DNA of 64,000 bases from Fistulifera solaris. Its lineage: Eukaryota. Where the stretch lies: assembly GCA_030295235.1 (NCBI GenBank), contig AP026127.1:310001-374000 (forward strand). Direction: 5' to 3'. Below, piece after piece: positions 22,900 to 35,611 of this stretch; the stretch's first letter is position 1, and each line of letters starts with the position of its first letter. The translations under genes and the position numbers were made by a program. The notes below the pieces were generated by a model. It was not told where the DNA came from, did not search any database, and was given only the letters and a program-made list of their open reading frames with translations.

Positions 22900-23744
22900 G
22901 GGACGCAATCCTTCGGACGATGCTTGTGTTGTGGTGGTAGGTTGATAATCGTATTCGTCATCCAAATGGATGGCGGTCGGAGCGAGTTTTTGTACGTTGA
23001 CATTGTATTTGGAAGGACGATGCGGTGTTTGTAATTTTATAAATTCACGAGGAGATTGAATGATATTCCTTTGTAGCGTTGTCGAAGAAAGCGACGCAAT
23101 CCAGTCGCAAATAAGGATGTTGTAGTATCTCGTAAGAACAAAGGCAAGTACGTCTTTGTCATTATTGGATTGATTGATTGAATCAATCAATCATTATCAC
23201 TGTGCCTTGATTGTAATTCAACGGTCGCAACTCGCAACAGGCGTGATGTTGCCGTTGAAAGTGAAAGCAAGAGAACGAAAGTGTTTCCACAGAAACTGTA
23301 ATCTATCCGATCGGTATTCACTTTACTACTTACATTATAGTATGCACTTTACTACTTACATTAAAATGTGTCCGATTTTGACCACGAATGGATTTCAGTC
23401 CTGAGTCGACCGTTCGCTGTCGACAACCATGGGAACACACCCGATGATACATTCATTCGAAACTTGCTCAAATAATGTTCAACTGCACATTCATCCTTGA
23501 GCAAGTAAGTTGGTTTACAGTATGAATGTTTGTTCAGATCTCATAGTTGTCTGTATTTTCGGGGGTTGGTTGATCGGCGTCCAAATCGATAGACTATAGC
23601 CCCGAAGTGTAGACGACCTTTTTCGTGACTGGATTCGATCGTCGGTGACGGATGGGTCTTTTTTTTTCTGGCTTTTTTCTTCTCCCGTTTCGTTTATTTT
23701 TTGCTTCCTTCATACCCATTCAATACTTTTTCTTGTTGCAGCAA

Positions 23745-24374
23745 ATGACGGCCTTCGATTTTGAGCTCTTTCCCATTTACGTCGCGGCGCAATTGTTGAA
23801 GATAGACGATGATTTGTTGAAGGACGATGAGACGATTCATTGGTATTGGAGATCCTCATCATCGTCGTGGATCGACGCTGCGTGGGAAATGCAACGCCAT
23901 CAACCAACTGTTTGGAAATTGGGTTGCTTATACGCTACAGATGGTGGAGGCGTTTATGTGCAGAGTGATGCCCTGACCGAAACCGACATTCGACACTTTT
24001 TCGAATCGAAATTGGCCATTTTGGTGGATCAATCTTCGACCTATTCGTTGGCGCACATGTTTGCCCAGGCACTGCAACATCCTTCCTCGTCGTCGTCTTC
24101 CGAAAATGCCATAAATCTGTACTTTGCCGATTTGCAAATGACCGCGGCATTCCCACTGGTCCGCGGAAGGCGGACCGAAGTACCGCCCATTCTATTCTCG
24201 CGACTGCACTATACAGGTCCGGGTCCACCACCGGACTCCCCACAGGAGGAGGACGTGCGGCGTGCCGTACAAACATGGAAATCCCAATCCTTGAAACCAA
24301 ATCCAAAAATTCTTTCACCGTCTCCCCGAAAAGCATGCGTCTCCTGGAAATCAGAAAAAGCCGGTTCGCAATAA
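23745..24374 (+). CDS. Hypothetical protein with a degenerate GT32/Gly_transf_sug-like motif; 3' end may extend to 24429 via a frameshift
   Basis: WKLGCLYATDGGGVYVQSD resembles RY..LY..GGVY.DxD but lacks the first Asp. Confidence 0.45.
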   Translation: MTAFDFELFPIYVAAQLLKIDDDLLKDDETIHWYWRSSSSSWIDAAWEMQRHQPTVWKLGCLYATDGGGVYVQSDALTETDIRHFFESKLAILVDQSSTYSLAHMFAQALQHPSSSSSSENAINLYFADLQMTAAFPLVRGRRTEVPPILFSRLHYTGPGPPPDSPQEEDVRRAVQTWKSQSLKPNPKILSPSPRKACVSWKSEKAGSQ

Positions 24375-24646
24375 GCTGGTCAAAGTGCCCACACGAAAAC
24401 CGGGTCTCAAATTCAAGGGACAAGGATGAATGAATGAAAATGTTTACTCTAGCTGAAGCATTTTGCAAAACTCCTTCCACTGCTGCTGCAAAACGTCCAG
24501 CTCCAGAAGCCCGCCAAAGTCGAAACCGGTTGTTCCGTTCGAGCTTGATTCGAACGAGGAGTCATGAAGCTAGATCAATACTCATAAAATCTTGTGTTTA
24601 TAAGTCTATTTATTTTACTTCCGCATCATTTATTCATAGATTCCGC

Positions 24647-27600
24647 TCAAGCATAATAATGAGGGGAACTGACCACGTCCTCCAGCGCCTCGAGTTGCTC
24701 TTGGGTGAACACCCGGCGTTGCCATTCCCAATTGTCCGACATGTGCGTGCGTTTGTATTCGGCACAGCATTTCTTGACCGTGTCTCGGACACCCAACGGA
24801 GCATTGCGCTCAAACGAGTGTTTGGAGATGGCCGCAATGGCCACCGGAACAAAGGGAACCGTTTCGTACGGCTGCGACAGGATGGCGGCGCACAGAAAAT
24901 AGACCGCGTTTTGTTGATTGCGGGCTCGTTTCATTTCATTGGCTTTTCCTTGTTCGTCCAGTGATTCAAACGAGATCTTGGGTGCTCCCTTTTTCGCTCT
25001 TTTAATGATGCTCTTGGATGCCAGAGCCGCATATTTGTCGACTAGTACAGCCACGTCAGCCTCATTCATGGATGCCAGAATTCCCGTAAGCGCCGCCATG
25101 GCTGCCGACGAAACTTCCCTTCGATCATCCGCCAACAAATCTGTCACAATCTTCATCGTGCGGGTGCTTTGCTCCTCCGAAAACAGAAATTTGTGGGCTC
25201 CCTGGAAGCAGCGGATGAAGTTGGCACTGGCGTGACGAATTTGCCATTTGTCGTGTTGGCGAGCCGCATCGACCGCATCGAGTACGCGGTCAAAGTCTTG
25301 ATTACGGCCGTACGAAATCACCGACGTAACGCTCACTTCGGCGATCGCAAAGCGGAAAACTTTCACAACTTCCGCTTCGAGTGCCCGCTTTGCTGCGTTT
25401 TCCTCGCTGGTATCGTTTAAATCGGCCGCATCATCTTCGATAGATGATCTTAACGCTTCAAAAGCCATAGGCAATAGCGGAATGACATAGTCGGAATACT
25501 CGAACTTGGCTTCCCCGAGGTTAACGCAATAGGAGATAAAGCGGCGCGCGGTACTTAAAGCATTCTGTCTATCTTGAAACGACCATCCTTCGCTTGACCT
25601 CAAAGAAGCCAATTTGTCGACAATGATAGAACCAGGATCCCTCTGCTTTGTCGTTACGTCAGCTGGTCCATCTGTCCTCGTAAAGTAAGTCAAACGGTTT
25701 GCAGAACGAGAAGCATCCACTCGAGCCTGTTTCCGGTGACAGTAGCAAATACGAAAAAGGCAGCGTGCTATGTGATCACGGCACGTATCAAATGGATGAC
25801 CAAGAGCGGAGGTGAGTTTTGGAAGCAGTTTTTCAATGACTAGGTCCCACGAATTTTCGAGATCAGTCGCTGATAAATCTACATCCATTGCAGACAGATC
25901 TGTAAGTTGTGAAGAGTACCACGAGGATGCGCTCAAAGATCCGTCGATTTCGCTGTCGTCCATCTCAATCAGAACGGATGACAGCAAATACAGCCATTTT
26001 GATTGTATAGTAAAACCCTCTGTTCCAGCAGTCGTAATGGAAAGTGCTATTCCTTCCAAATCTAGACCTGTCTGAGGCTCCCATAGGGTGGACAGGATTT
26101 TATCAACAAGCCACTCAGTCAGAACGATAAATGAACCCGTATTTGCAAACTGCAATGCGTAGCGCAGTGCATCAAAGTACGCTGCTGACAGCACAAAGGG
26201 TATTTTTGCAACAACATCATCAAGATACGGCAAAAGTAGAGACACCCATTGCGTCCTGTTGTCCCCAGGAGATCTCACAATGTAACCACAGATGCCAGCG
26301 AAAACTTCCGCTGATGTTACTTGCTGATTCTTCTGGTCTTCGTTCGGAGGCGCTTCGACCATTTCTTTTGCTGCTTGGAGAAGGCCCTTGACTGCTTCTG
26401 CCGCTATGTCTTTGTTTACTGCCGCCAAGACGCTCTCAACTAATTGTGAGTGAGACACCTTAAAAGATCCCATACTTTGACTTGTTCGCTGAAAAGGAAA
26501 CAGATTTTTCAAAGCAACATTGCGCGAAGCATCTCGAAGAATGTCTTCAACACCAGCTGACCATTGCGCATCATATCCACCTGCAACACTTGTGTCTTCT
26601 CGGTGATCGAAAACCAATGCTTGTCCAAATGCTCTAATAAAACTTTCCGAAGACAACTTTTCTGAAAGTATCCGAGCGTCCGCTTGATGACTTTTGCCTG
26701 CTATTGAAACAAGTCGGCCAAGCAATCCTAAAGCCACGCGTTGAAGCGGCTGAGCGGTTTCCGTTTCAACGATTCGAAAGCATGTATCCCAGGTGCGTGT
26801 ATATTGTTCATTGACAAAGCTGCTTCGCTGATCCTCGTCCACCAATGTCAAAAGAAACCACCCACCTAACAGTAGCTTGCGCCAGTGTACGGCCACCGAT
26901 TCGGCGTCACCATTGGTGCCTTCTACTTTCTTCTCCGCCAATATATCGTTAGCGAACGACATGCTTTTCAAATAGGCATCTTTGTCTGCATCTGTTACTC
27001 GAGGCAAATAGTAAATCTTGGAGCGGTAAGGCGAAAAGACCACTTGTAAATAGTGAACAATTTTCTGAACTTCTTCAGCTGGTAAAAGTGATACCAGTCT
27101 ATCTGTACCACATATGGTCTGGGCGAGTTGTAATCTCATAGATTCAGTTGCAAGAAGTTGTTTCAACGACCGGCCTAAAGCAAGAATAGAACACACTCCT
27201 TTTATAGCCTCCGCCAGTCTCTTTCGTTTTCCTTGGTTGTTCACCTTGCTGACTAGCATCGAACATGATGGAAATCCGAATTTACCATTCAGCTGCGCAT
27301 CATTTAACGAGATTGCCGTCAATAGGCGAGGTACTCGTGAGGCCACCAACCACGCAAACCTTGTCACAGCATAGTCCATGACGCCAACTGCAGAAGCCCT
27401 AACCTGCGTATTGGAATGACAGCAAAGGGCACATAAGCCGTCCACAATTCCTTCGTACGTGTCCAGGGTCTATTGCCCGACAAACACAATAGATCTTCCA
27501 AGTACTGTAGCGTTTCGGGCAAAGAATTCTTCATACTGAACAAAATGGAACGAGGACTCGAACAAGACCGGTGACTGCGACGCAACCTCCTCGGAACTTC

Positions 27601-30600
27601 AAAGCTAGCATTTCTTTGTAGCGAATCGTGGTAGAGTTGGACTCTTCCAACCAAGAGGCGGCGCGGAATTGTCTTACCCGCATCTTCACCGTCCTTATAG
27701 AAAACGGCGCCGTCATCGTTGTACAGGGAAGCAAATTGGAGTATTTTTCCAATCTGATCGACGTGTGCTGATAGCAAAAAGTCCGCCGCAAGCTGTTTTT
27801 GTGCTTTCCATATCGTCTTCGCTTCTTGCGACCGAAACGAAGCGCCCCGACGGGTCAAAAGTAGAAGAGCTATCAGGCACGTTTCTTTACACACTTTTGG
27901 ATCGGAAGCTATTACAGGCAGACTCTTTTGTACACCTCATCAGGAAGTGTTTGAACTGCATCCGGAAAGAACGTATCACAAGCGAGGACAGCTGACAGTA
28001 CGACCAAAAGGATGATATTCGTACTCGAATAGAAAGAATAGATTTTCTGATTGTATCTGTAGCTTCTGCGAGTAAACGATGGCAAGCTTCTTCGTATGGC
28101 ACAAATTCATCCGTTTTGTTCTCTGACGGATCATTATCCAGTAACAGACTCGCCCCACCTCGAATACAATAGCGCACAACTCGTAGACATCGTCTCACGT
28201 CATTGACCTCGATCATGTTGAGCAACGCACTGCGTCTTTCGCCATTCACCCCCTGGCCAGAATTACTGCAAAGAACATCCAGACGATTCAAAACGTTCTT
28301 CTTCAAGAGCTCATGTGCGAAATCCACACACATTTTGTCGGGAACATACCAGGACACCATGTCCCCGTTCAGCTGCGCTGATCTCCCGAGAGAGCGTGTA
28401 CCTTCATCAGTCGAAAAAGCTCGCGGGCAACAATCGGAGGATATGGGGTATGACTCGGAGAGAGTAGACAGGGTATGCCGAAGCAGCTTGCAGCCTGTCT
28501 TAAATAAATGACGGTCAGGCGACGCTAACGCAAAATCAATTGCTGCCGTGATGCGGTCACGATGACGTGAAACGCCAGGACCAGCCAACCGAACAGCGCC
28601 AGCTAAGCAACGAATTCGATACACGAGGGTTTTTGTTGAATGGCGAGGCAACTCATCAGTCAGCACTTCAATGAGAGAATCAAGACCGGGACTCGAGGTT
28701 TTGTGCGAATTGATATCTTTTCGTGCGGCAGCCACAGCTTGACAAAGAAGGGAAGCATCTTTTGCCGCAGCAGGATGAGACTCGTCCTGTAAGAAATTAC
28801 AAACGGTTCGCGTGGCAATGCTATGAACTTCATAATCCATGGCAGCAAATAACTGCATCAATGTCTCTTTCAAAACCCTCGAATAATTTCTTGCCGTGTG
28901 TACATCTGCAGATGAATGACGAGACGCAACACCCGATGTGGTCTTGGCAGTCTTCTCTCTTTCACCAGATGCACGCAACAAACCGAAAACTCGATCAAGG
29001 AACTCCAGTGCCCAGTCACTCATCGCCGACATTGCCTCTGTCACGACCAAATCATGGAGGTCTTCTCCCTCCGCCGCCAAACCTTGTTTCATAAGAGACG
29101 ATTCGGGTAAATTGGCAATGGCTTTCATGTACTCCGGACTTTTCCGTGTCGTCTCTAACACCATGTGCAGGTCCTTTCCCATGCAAAACGTTCCCGCGCA
29201 CAAAGCACTGCCGTCCAACGTCGGCCACTGTTCCGGACTACCACCGACCGGCACCCACGAAGTCAAGGAACGATAAAAAATAAGCGTCCGCAATGTCTTG
29301 TTTTGATCATTCACGTCGATTCCGGCCAAACTCAACCGCAAAATCGACGGAAGGCGCATCAACAGTGTCCCACTGCGCAACGCGGGATGCACCAGTCTCG
29401 TCAACGCCGACAACGCCGACGGCGCCTGATGACTCAAGTTGACAGCCGAAATATCCAACGCCCGCATGGCGAAATCCACAAAGGCCGGAGTCGTATGATC
29501 CGGATCCAGTTGCACCAAATACAGCATGGAAGCTTCTCCAGCTCGTCCGACGTGACCATTTTTGCTGTACATGGCTTGTTGACACAACGGCAGCAGCGTA
29601 TGCATCAAAAGAACCATTTCATGGGGCGGTATCGGCTGACATAAATTCGGCTGCAGCTGCAAGTACGCGGCGGCCACCGAAGGATGCTGCCGTGCCACAC
29701 TTTGCAATCCCACCGAAGACCCCACCCGGGCACACAATTCGTAACACAAATAGTGCAGAAAGGCACCCAACGTGAACGTCCAGGATCCCAAATTGCTTGG
29801 ATGGAAATACGGTGTGACATAATACAAAAACCGCAACACATCGTGCGTTCCGGCCGATAGGTTCGAGTCGTCGGTCATGCCGGACCCCAACCCGGCAATC
29901 AACAATTTGGCCACCTTGGCGACAAAATCAATGCCTTCTTCGTACGACGAGGACGCCCCAACAAAGACTTTTAATTTGGGAGGACACGATCGCGATCGTG
30001 GATTGGAAACATGCGGAAAGGACTTGTCCATGGCGGTCCCACCAATGGGCAATTGCAACCAGTATTGGGCATTCGTCAACAACCGTTGTCGCAGCTGCGT
30101 CCAGTCGTACGTGTCATGGACAAATTTGCGGGCCCGACAAAATAGGGCCAACCACAAGAATTCAAATTCCGGACAGCGATCAATGTTCGTCCAACATTCC
30201 CACCAGAGCGGCAAGACGCGATGGTAGTAGGACGCCGAACACCGGGACGGATGAAACAAGTACAGCAAAATGCTCGCGCGATAACACGCGTGCGTATGCG
30301 AATGAAACAAGGCATCCGTTTGGACCATACTCCACACGGCTTCGGCGGCTGCATCCAAAGGAGTCCCCGGAATCAATCCTTGATCAAAGAAATGACGCGA
30401 CGAACGAATGAGTTGCACGGTCCGGCGCAAGACGGTCGCTTGCCGGGACGACGCATCGACCGGGACACTGGCGTGACACTTTTCATCCAAGTATGGTGCC
30501 GTTCGTAATAAGAGTCGCAGAAGGACTTTCCAATGGACAATGAGGAGGGATCTTGACTGTGTTTCATCGTCTGTGTAGAGGGATAGATTGGACACTTTCC

Positions 30601-31210
30601 GTAACGGTCCCTTGTTGGACAGTAAATTGATCAAGACGGCCAATAAGGCTTCCCGCGCCGGTGACGGCAACGCAAAAGGTCGTTGCAATTCCTGCTGCAA
30701 TCCCCGACTATCTTTTGCTGTTCCTGCAAAATCTTCCCGATTGTCTTCGTTGAAAGAATACACATAACCCACGGTTTCATAATGCAATTGCACGGTCGGT
30801 TGATCCGAAATGGTACACGTAACTAGCTTCAGTAAGTGCAAAATCATTTGACACAATTCTGCGGTGGTCCAACGACCACTGTATTTGAGATTTTCGACCG
30901 TCGTGAATTGTGCTTGCAATCGCAAACACTGACGAATCACCGCTTGCAGCGTTTCTTTCGAGTCCAGTGCGTGTGGATTTTCGTCTTCGTCGTCGTCCAC
31001 AACATCATCGTCTTCTTCTATCACCGTGGTCCCTTCAAACAAACGCTCCTTCAATTCTATGCTCAACACGGATTCCACGAATTTGCGGGCTTTCATCGCC
31101 GCATACGTTGTCACAAACGGTATCCCTTGATCATCGAAATGATGTGGGGAAGATTGCTTTGATACGCGTGAATCATCGGGGGCGGCATTTTGCTTTTCTG
31201 TTTTCTTCAC
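24647..31210 (-). CDS. PSME4: Proteasome activator PA200/Blm10 (PSME4); frameshifts near 28010 and 27460; 5' end uncertain
   Basis: ~2100 aa helical-repeat protein; PYFHPSNLGSW, LAGIDVNDQNKT, CAEYKRTHMSDNW and the C-terminal HbYX motif ...SPHYYA*. Confidence 0.88.
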
Positions 31211-31597
31211 TTATCAATAACTGGAACGGATGAAAGACTATATGTTCGAAAGCAACAATAACAAAGGATTGTCCTTGGGATGTTGTGGCTTCGGATGCAA
31301 TAAAAGTAATAGAGAGACATCTGCCGTCCGCCTTCAAAGGAACCCGGAAGAAAGAAGCACGAGGATGTCGGATGTCGTTCGACTGAAAAAAGTAATGTAC
31401 TAAATGTTGTAGAGTCAGGATGCGATGCGACATATGACGTTGAAAAACGGTGCGACAGATGACCTTTCTGTGACATCATCAGGATGGGAACGAAAAAATG
31501 GAAACACGAAAAAAAGTGACATGAATGAGACGATCTTCTTTTCCATAAAACAATCATAAAGGTTCCATAAAAACCAGCAATCATCCAAAAAGAAAAG

Positions 31598-32899
31598 ATG
31601 CGAACGACATCACGAATTGTAATGTTTCTATTCCTTCTACTCGGCCATGTTTCTTGTTTGGCCAGTAGCCATTTCGTGGTCGTTTCGACCAACAAGAATG
31701 GGGGACACGAAACCGTGTACGCGTTGGATTCTGCTGCCAAGCGATCGACGCCACCACCACCCACGTTGCGATCCAAGTTCCGGGCCGTCTTTTTTACCGA
31801 CGGGTCCCACACCACCCGGTTATCTTTCGTTTAGCGCACTCAATGCCTTGCAAGATTTATCGACGCAATTGCGGGGCGTTTTGGCGACCCAACGGATTTT
31901 GGAAGGCTTGGGCGTCGGTCGGGCCGATGCGACGGCCACGTCGGCCATCTTGAATTTTTGGTCCGCGATGGATGTGGCATGTTCGCCACTTTGGTGTTTA
32001 CCGCCACGGCCGCTTCGAAATTTGCCGGTGACGTCAAGCGATGGCGCTTGCTCGCGGATATTATGGTCGATATTGGAATCACGCTCGAAATACTCGCGGC
32101 GCAAGTGCCGCCCCAATTCTTTCTGCTACTATTGTCATTGGGCAATATGTGCAAGGCGGTTTGTGGTGTCGCCGCCGGAGCGTGTGGTGGGACCATCAAT
32201 TTGCATTGGGCCAGCTGCGGCAGTGACATTGCCGACATTCAAGCCAAATTCGGGGCCCAACATGCCGTCACGGCCAGTGTCGGATTGATGGTCGCGGCCT
32301 TGACGACGCAATCGTTGGCACATGTTCCCATGCGGCAATTGTGGACCGGGTACTGGATTTTGACGGTGTTGCACATTTGGATCAATCGCAAATGTATGCG
32401 CATGATGGCTTTTAAAGGACTCAATACGGTGCGCTTGCGACTGTTACTGAAACATTACCGACTAGAAAGTAACCGACCACTGCCCACTCCGCAACAAATG
32501 GCGCAAACCGAACCACTCTTGTTTCTTCCCACACGACAGACAGTCCCTGCCATTGAATACGGTGTCTCCTTCCATCATGTTGCCCATAAAATGGGTCATG
32601 AAGAAGTGGCGTTGCGCCAAATACTGCAACAGGCGAAACGACCCTACTGGATTTTTGTCGCACAGCCGCAGTGTATTATGGTCGTGCTCCAAAAGGAATA
32701 TCACCGACCGACCAAGCCAAAGCGTATTTTCATGCTACCTTGCTGGCAAAAGATAAAAGAAGACAAGGACTTGGAGGACCGTGAGGTGGATGTACAATGG
32801 AACCATTTTTCCCAGCAATGTGTTCAAGCCGGCTGGGATCTAACGAAAACGGAGTTGCAGACACACGGCTATCACATTGAAATACAGGCAGCGAAATAA
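31598..32899 (+). CDS. RUS1: ROOT UVB SENSITIVE (RUS1/DUF647) family protein; frameshifts near 31793, 31957 and about 32690-32750
   Basis: Stitched frames give FLPTG...QDLSTQLRGVLATQRILEGLGVG...RDGCGM...KRWRLLADIMVDIG...NMCKAVCGVAAGA...DIADIQAK...LNTVRL. Confidence 0.8.
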
Positions 32900-32984
32900 T
32901 GTGACATAGTATGTAAAGTAAGCAGAATAAATAAAGACTCCGTACATCATTACTACACACATCATTTTGAGCTTTTGATATCAT

Positions 32985-33458
32985 TCAACCGTTCAAGGGC
33001 AGCGACTCGGCCCCCGCGGGTCGATCCCCCAGTTTATCGTCCATCACGGCCAAAACGAGCGCAAGGACGGTCCCAGCACAAAAGATGTACATCTCCACCA
33101 TGTCGGCATGACATCCCAATGTATCCATTTCCTTCCCCACCGAAGTCCAAACGATCATATCAAGGAGCAGAAAGATCGTCATGAGGACCAGGTTGGGGAT
33201 GCGATATCCGCCGATCAGAACGTAGCAGAAAAATCCCAACGAGAATCCGTACCCGACCCTCACCGTAGCAATCGCCATGGGATTGTCTTTCCCGCCAATA
33301 CCCGCCAATAAACATTCGTCGTAAGGATAGACGATTGACCCGGCAGCCAAGAGGATAAAAAAGGAGACCAACAAATAGAGTAAGATGACCGAAATCTTGC
33401 CCGCGATGGTCTTGGTGTCTGCCCAGGCCTGTTGAATGTCAGGTATCGGATTCCACAT
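32985..33458 (-). CDS. Small four-TM membrane protein, tandem paralogue A (157 aa)
   Basis: Intact ORF with four hydrophobic segments; clearly aligns with B and C. Confidence 0.75.
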   Translation of the reverse strand: MWNPIPDIQQAWADTKTIAGKISVILLYLLVSFFILLAAGSIVYPYDECLLAGIGGKDNPMAIATVRVGYGFSLGFFCYVLIGGYRIPNLVLMTIFLLLDMIVWTSVGKEMDTLGCHADMVEMYIFCAGTVLALVLAVMDDKLGDRPAGAESLPLNG

Positions 33459-33745
33459 GCTACGAAAAGACTATTGGTCGTCAAAAGAGGAGATGAAACG
33501 CTTGCTTCAAAAAAGTAATGAAAAGATATTGTTGGCACCGCAGTCAACCCTATTTTTGTTCTTTTTCCTTTGGCCAAGCGAGATACGAAGAACAGAGTGT
33601 CCGACGGGTACGTGTCTATACGTAAGATTTGTATTGTATCGTTTTGTATAGCTATTTGTACGCAGCGTTTCCAAACACTAGTTTCTTTTCTTGAAACAAA
33701 AGCACATTGAAACATTCAAGCACGCAACAGAGAATAAAGCAAGAA

Positions 33746-33897
33746 AGGACCGCGAGGTGGATGTGCTATGGAAGAATTTTGCCAACCAATGTGTCCAAGC
33801 CGGCTGGGATCTCGGAGTTACAGACGCATGGGTATCACATTGAAATACAGGCAGCGAAATCATGAGATGTGAAGTAGTAGTAAGCTGAATAAATAAA
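33746..33897 (+). pseudogene. Duplicated fragment of the RUS1 3' end and downstream sequence
   Basis: Aligns with 32775-32936 (GAGGTGGATGT, CAAGCCGGCTGGGATCT, TATCACATTGAAATACAGGCAGCGAAAT); has an 8-nt deletion and no upstream coding part. Confidence 0.85.
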
Positions 33898-33961
33898 TGC
33901 ACAATTACTTCACATTATCACTTTCCATAGTTTCATTGAGGCTTGACGCCATACTCTCCTT

Positions 33962-34437
33962 TTACACATTCAAGGGCAACGATTCGGCCCCCGCGTTTCG
34001 ATCCCCCAGTTTGTCATCCAGGAGGGCCAGAACGAGCGCGAGGACTGCCCCAGCACAAAAGACGTACAGGCCCACCATGTCGTCGTGACATCCCAATTGA
34101 TCCATTTCCTTTGCCACGGAAGTCCAAATAATCATGTCGGCCAACAAAAGACCGCCACCATGATCACGTTGAAGATTCGGTATCCGCCCACCAGAGCATA
34201 AATGAAAAACCCGACCGAAAATACGTACGCCGCCCTCACGGCAGCGACCGCAATGGGATTGTCATTCCCGCCGATGCCCGCCATCAAACATTCCTGGTAA
34301 GGGAAGAAAATTGACCAGCTAGCGGACAGCATGAAATACAAGACCAACAAATAGAATAAGATGACAGAAATCTTACCCCCGATGGTCTTGGTGTTCACCC
34401 ACGCCTGTTGAATATCAGGTACCGGAGTCCACATCAT
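33962..34437 (-). CDS. Small four-TM membrane protein, tandem paralogue B (one-base frameshift near 34147)
   Basis: ORFs 34132-34437 and 33962-34147 join if one T is added; ends DDKLGDRNAGAESLPLNV. Confidence 0.72.
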
Positions 34438-34769
34438 AATGCAAGGCTAATTAGTAAAAGAGGAGATGGAACGTTGTCTCAAAGGTGTATAACGAAAAGA
34501 TCTCGTTGGCATCAGTCCACCCCTTTTGTTCTTCATCGTTGATTATTGACCAAGAGATACCAAGCACAGTGTCCGAGTGGTACGTGTCTATACGACATAT
34601 AGAAACGTACAGTTCTCTACGGTTCTGTACGCCAGGCTTCGACACAAGAGTTTTTTTAGTTGAAACACAACCATCCGTGAGCTTGAAACACTAGGTGCAC
34701 ACAACATAGAATTATGATTTACTGGTACACCACAGATCGCTTTATTGACACAGAAATATTACGTTACTT

Positions 34770-35240
34770 TTAAGTATTCAGGGGAAGTGCCTCAGCACCT
34801 CGAGGTCGCTCCCCCAGCTTCTCATCGATCATGGCCAGAATCAGCGCCAGGATTGCCCAGACCGAGTAGCCGTACAAACCCAGCATATCTTGGCATCCAC
34901 TTTTCGCCAAATCATGGGCCGCCTTCGACCAGACCATCAAGACCAATAACACGAAAACGGTCACCATGGCAATGTTCTTGACTTTATAGCCACCCACATC
35001 GGCGTAGGCAAAGAATCCCAACGTGAAGACAAAGCCACTTCGGACGGTGGCGAGAGCAATCGAGTTGTCGTAACCGCCCATGGAGGACATCAGACAGTGA
35101 CGGGGGTAGAAAATGAACCAGGCCGAAGTCAGAATGAAGTACCAAATCAGAGAATAGAACAAGATCAAAGACATCTTGCCCCAAATGGTCTTGGTCTCCG
35201 ACCAGGCATGTCGAGCGTGAGGACCAGGATTCCAAATCAT
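34770..35240 (-). CDS. Small four-TM membrane protein, tandem paralogue C
   Basis: MIWNPG...AWSETKTIWGK...DEKLGERPRGAEALPLNT; more diverged than A and B. Confidence 0.75.
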   Translation of the reverse strand: MIWNPGPHARHAWSETKTIWGKMSLILFYSLIWYFILTSAWFIFYPRHCLMSSMGGYDNSIALATVRSGFVFTLGFFAYADVGGYKVKNIAMVTVFVLLVLMVWSKAAHDLAKSGCQDMLGLYGYSVWAILALILAMIDEKLGERPRGAEALPLNT

Positions 35241-35611
35241 GATGAGCAACGCTATTGCAAAAATTATGGGTCGAACTGTCAGCCTTGTTGAGATGCGCGT
35301 GCTGGCTCAAAGCAGAAAATAGACGCTTTTGGCAATGTTCTCATGTTTCTTGCTTCAAAAGATGAGAAGGGTGTCACAGAAAATCAACACTCGAGAATTC
35401 TTTGGCGTTACTTTTCTGGTTCACTTTTGCAGAACGCATTTGAGAAACAAGATGTCAAAGAAGAGGAAAAGCTGTCATGAATGTCACACCGTTTTCAACA
35501 ATACGTGTGTGAGTCTTGATGAGACATTCAAACAGTACTGTTGATCGAAGAGCTCAAATCCCGCATGAATTTATGAAAAAAAGCAAGTCTGCTTATTTGC
35601 CAATGCTCTGT

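Noticed and set aside
31207..31815. 202-aa minus-strand ORF upstream of PA200
   Set aside because: It overlaps RUS1 antisense and the AT-rich promoter and has no protein-like motifs.
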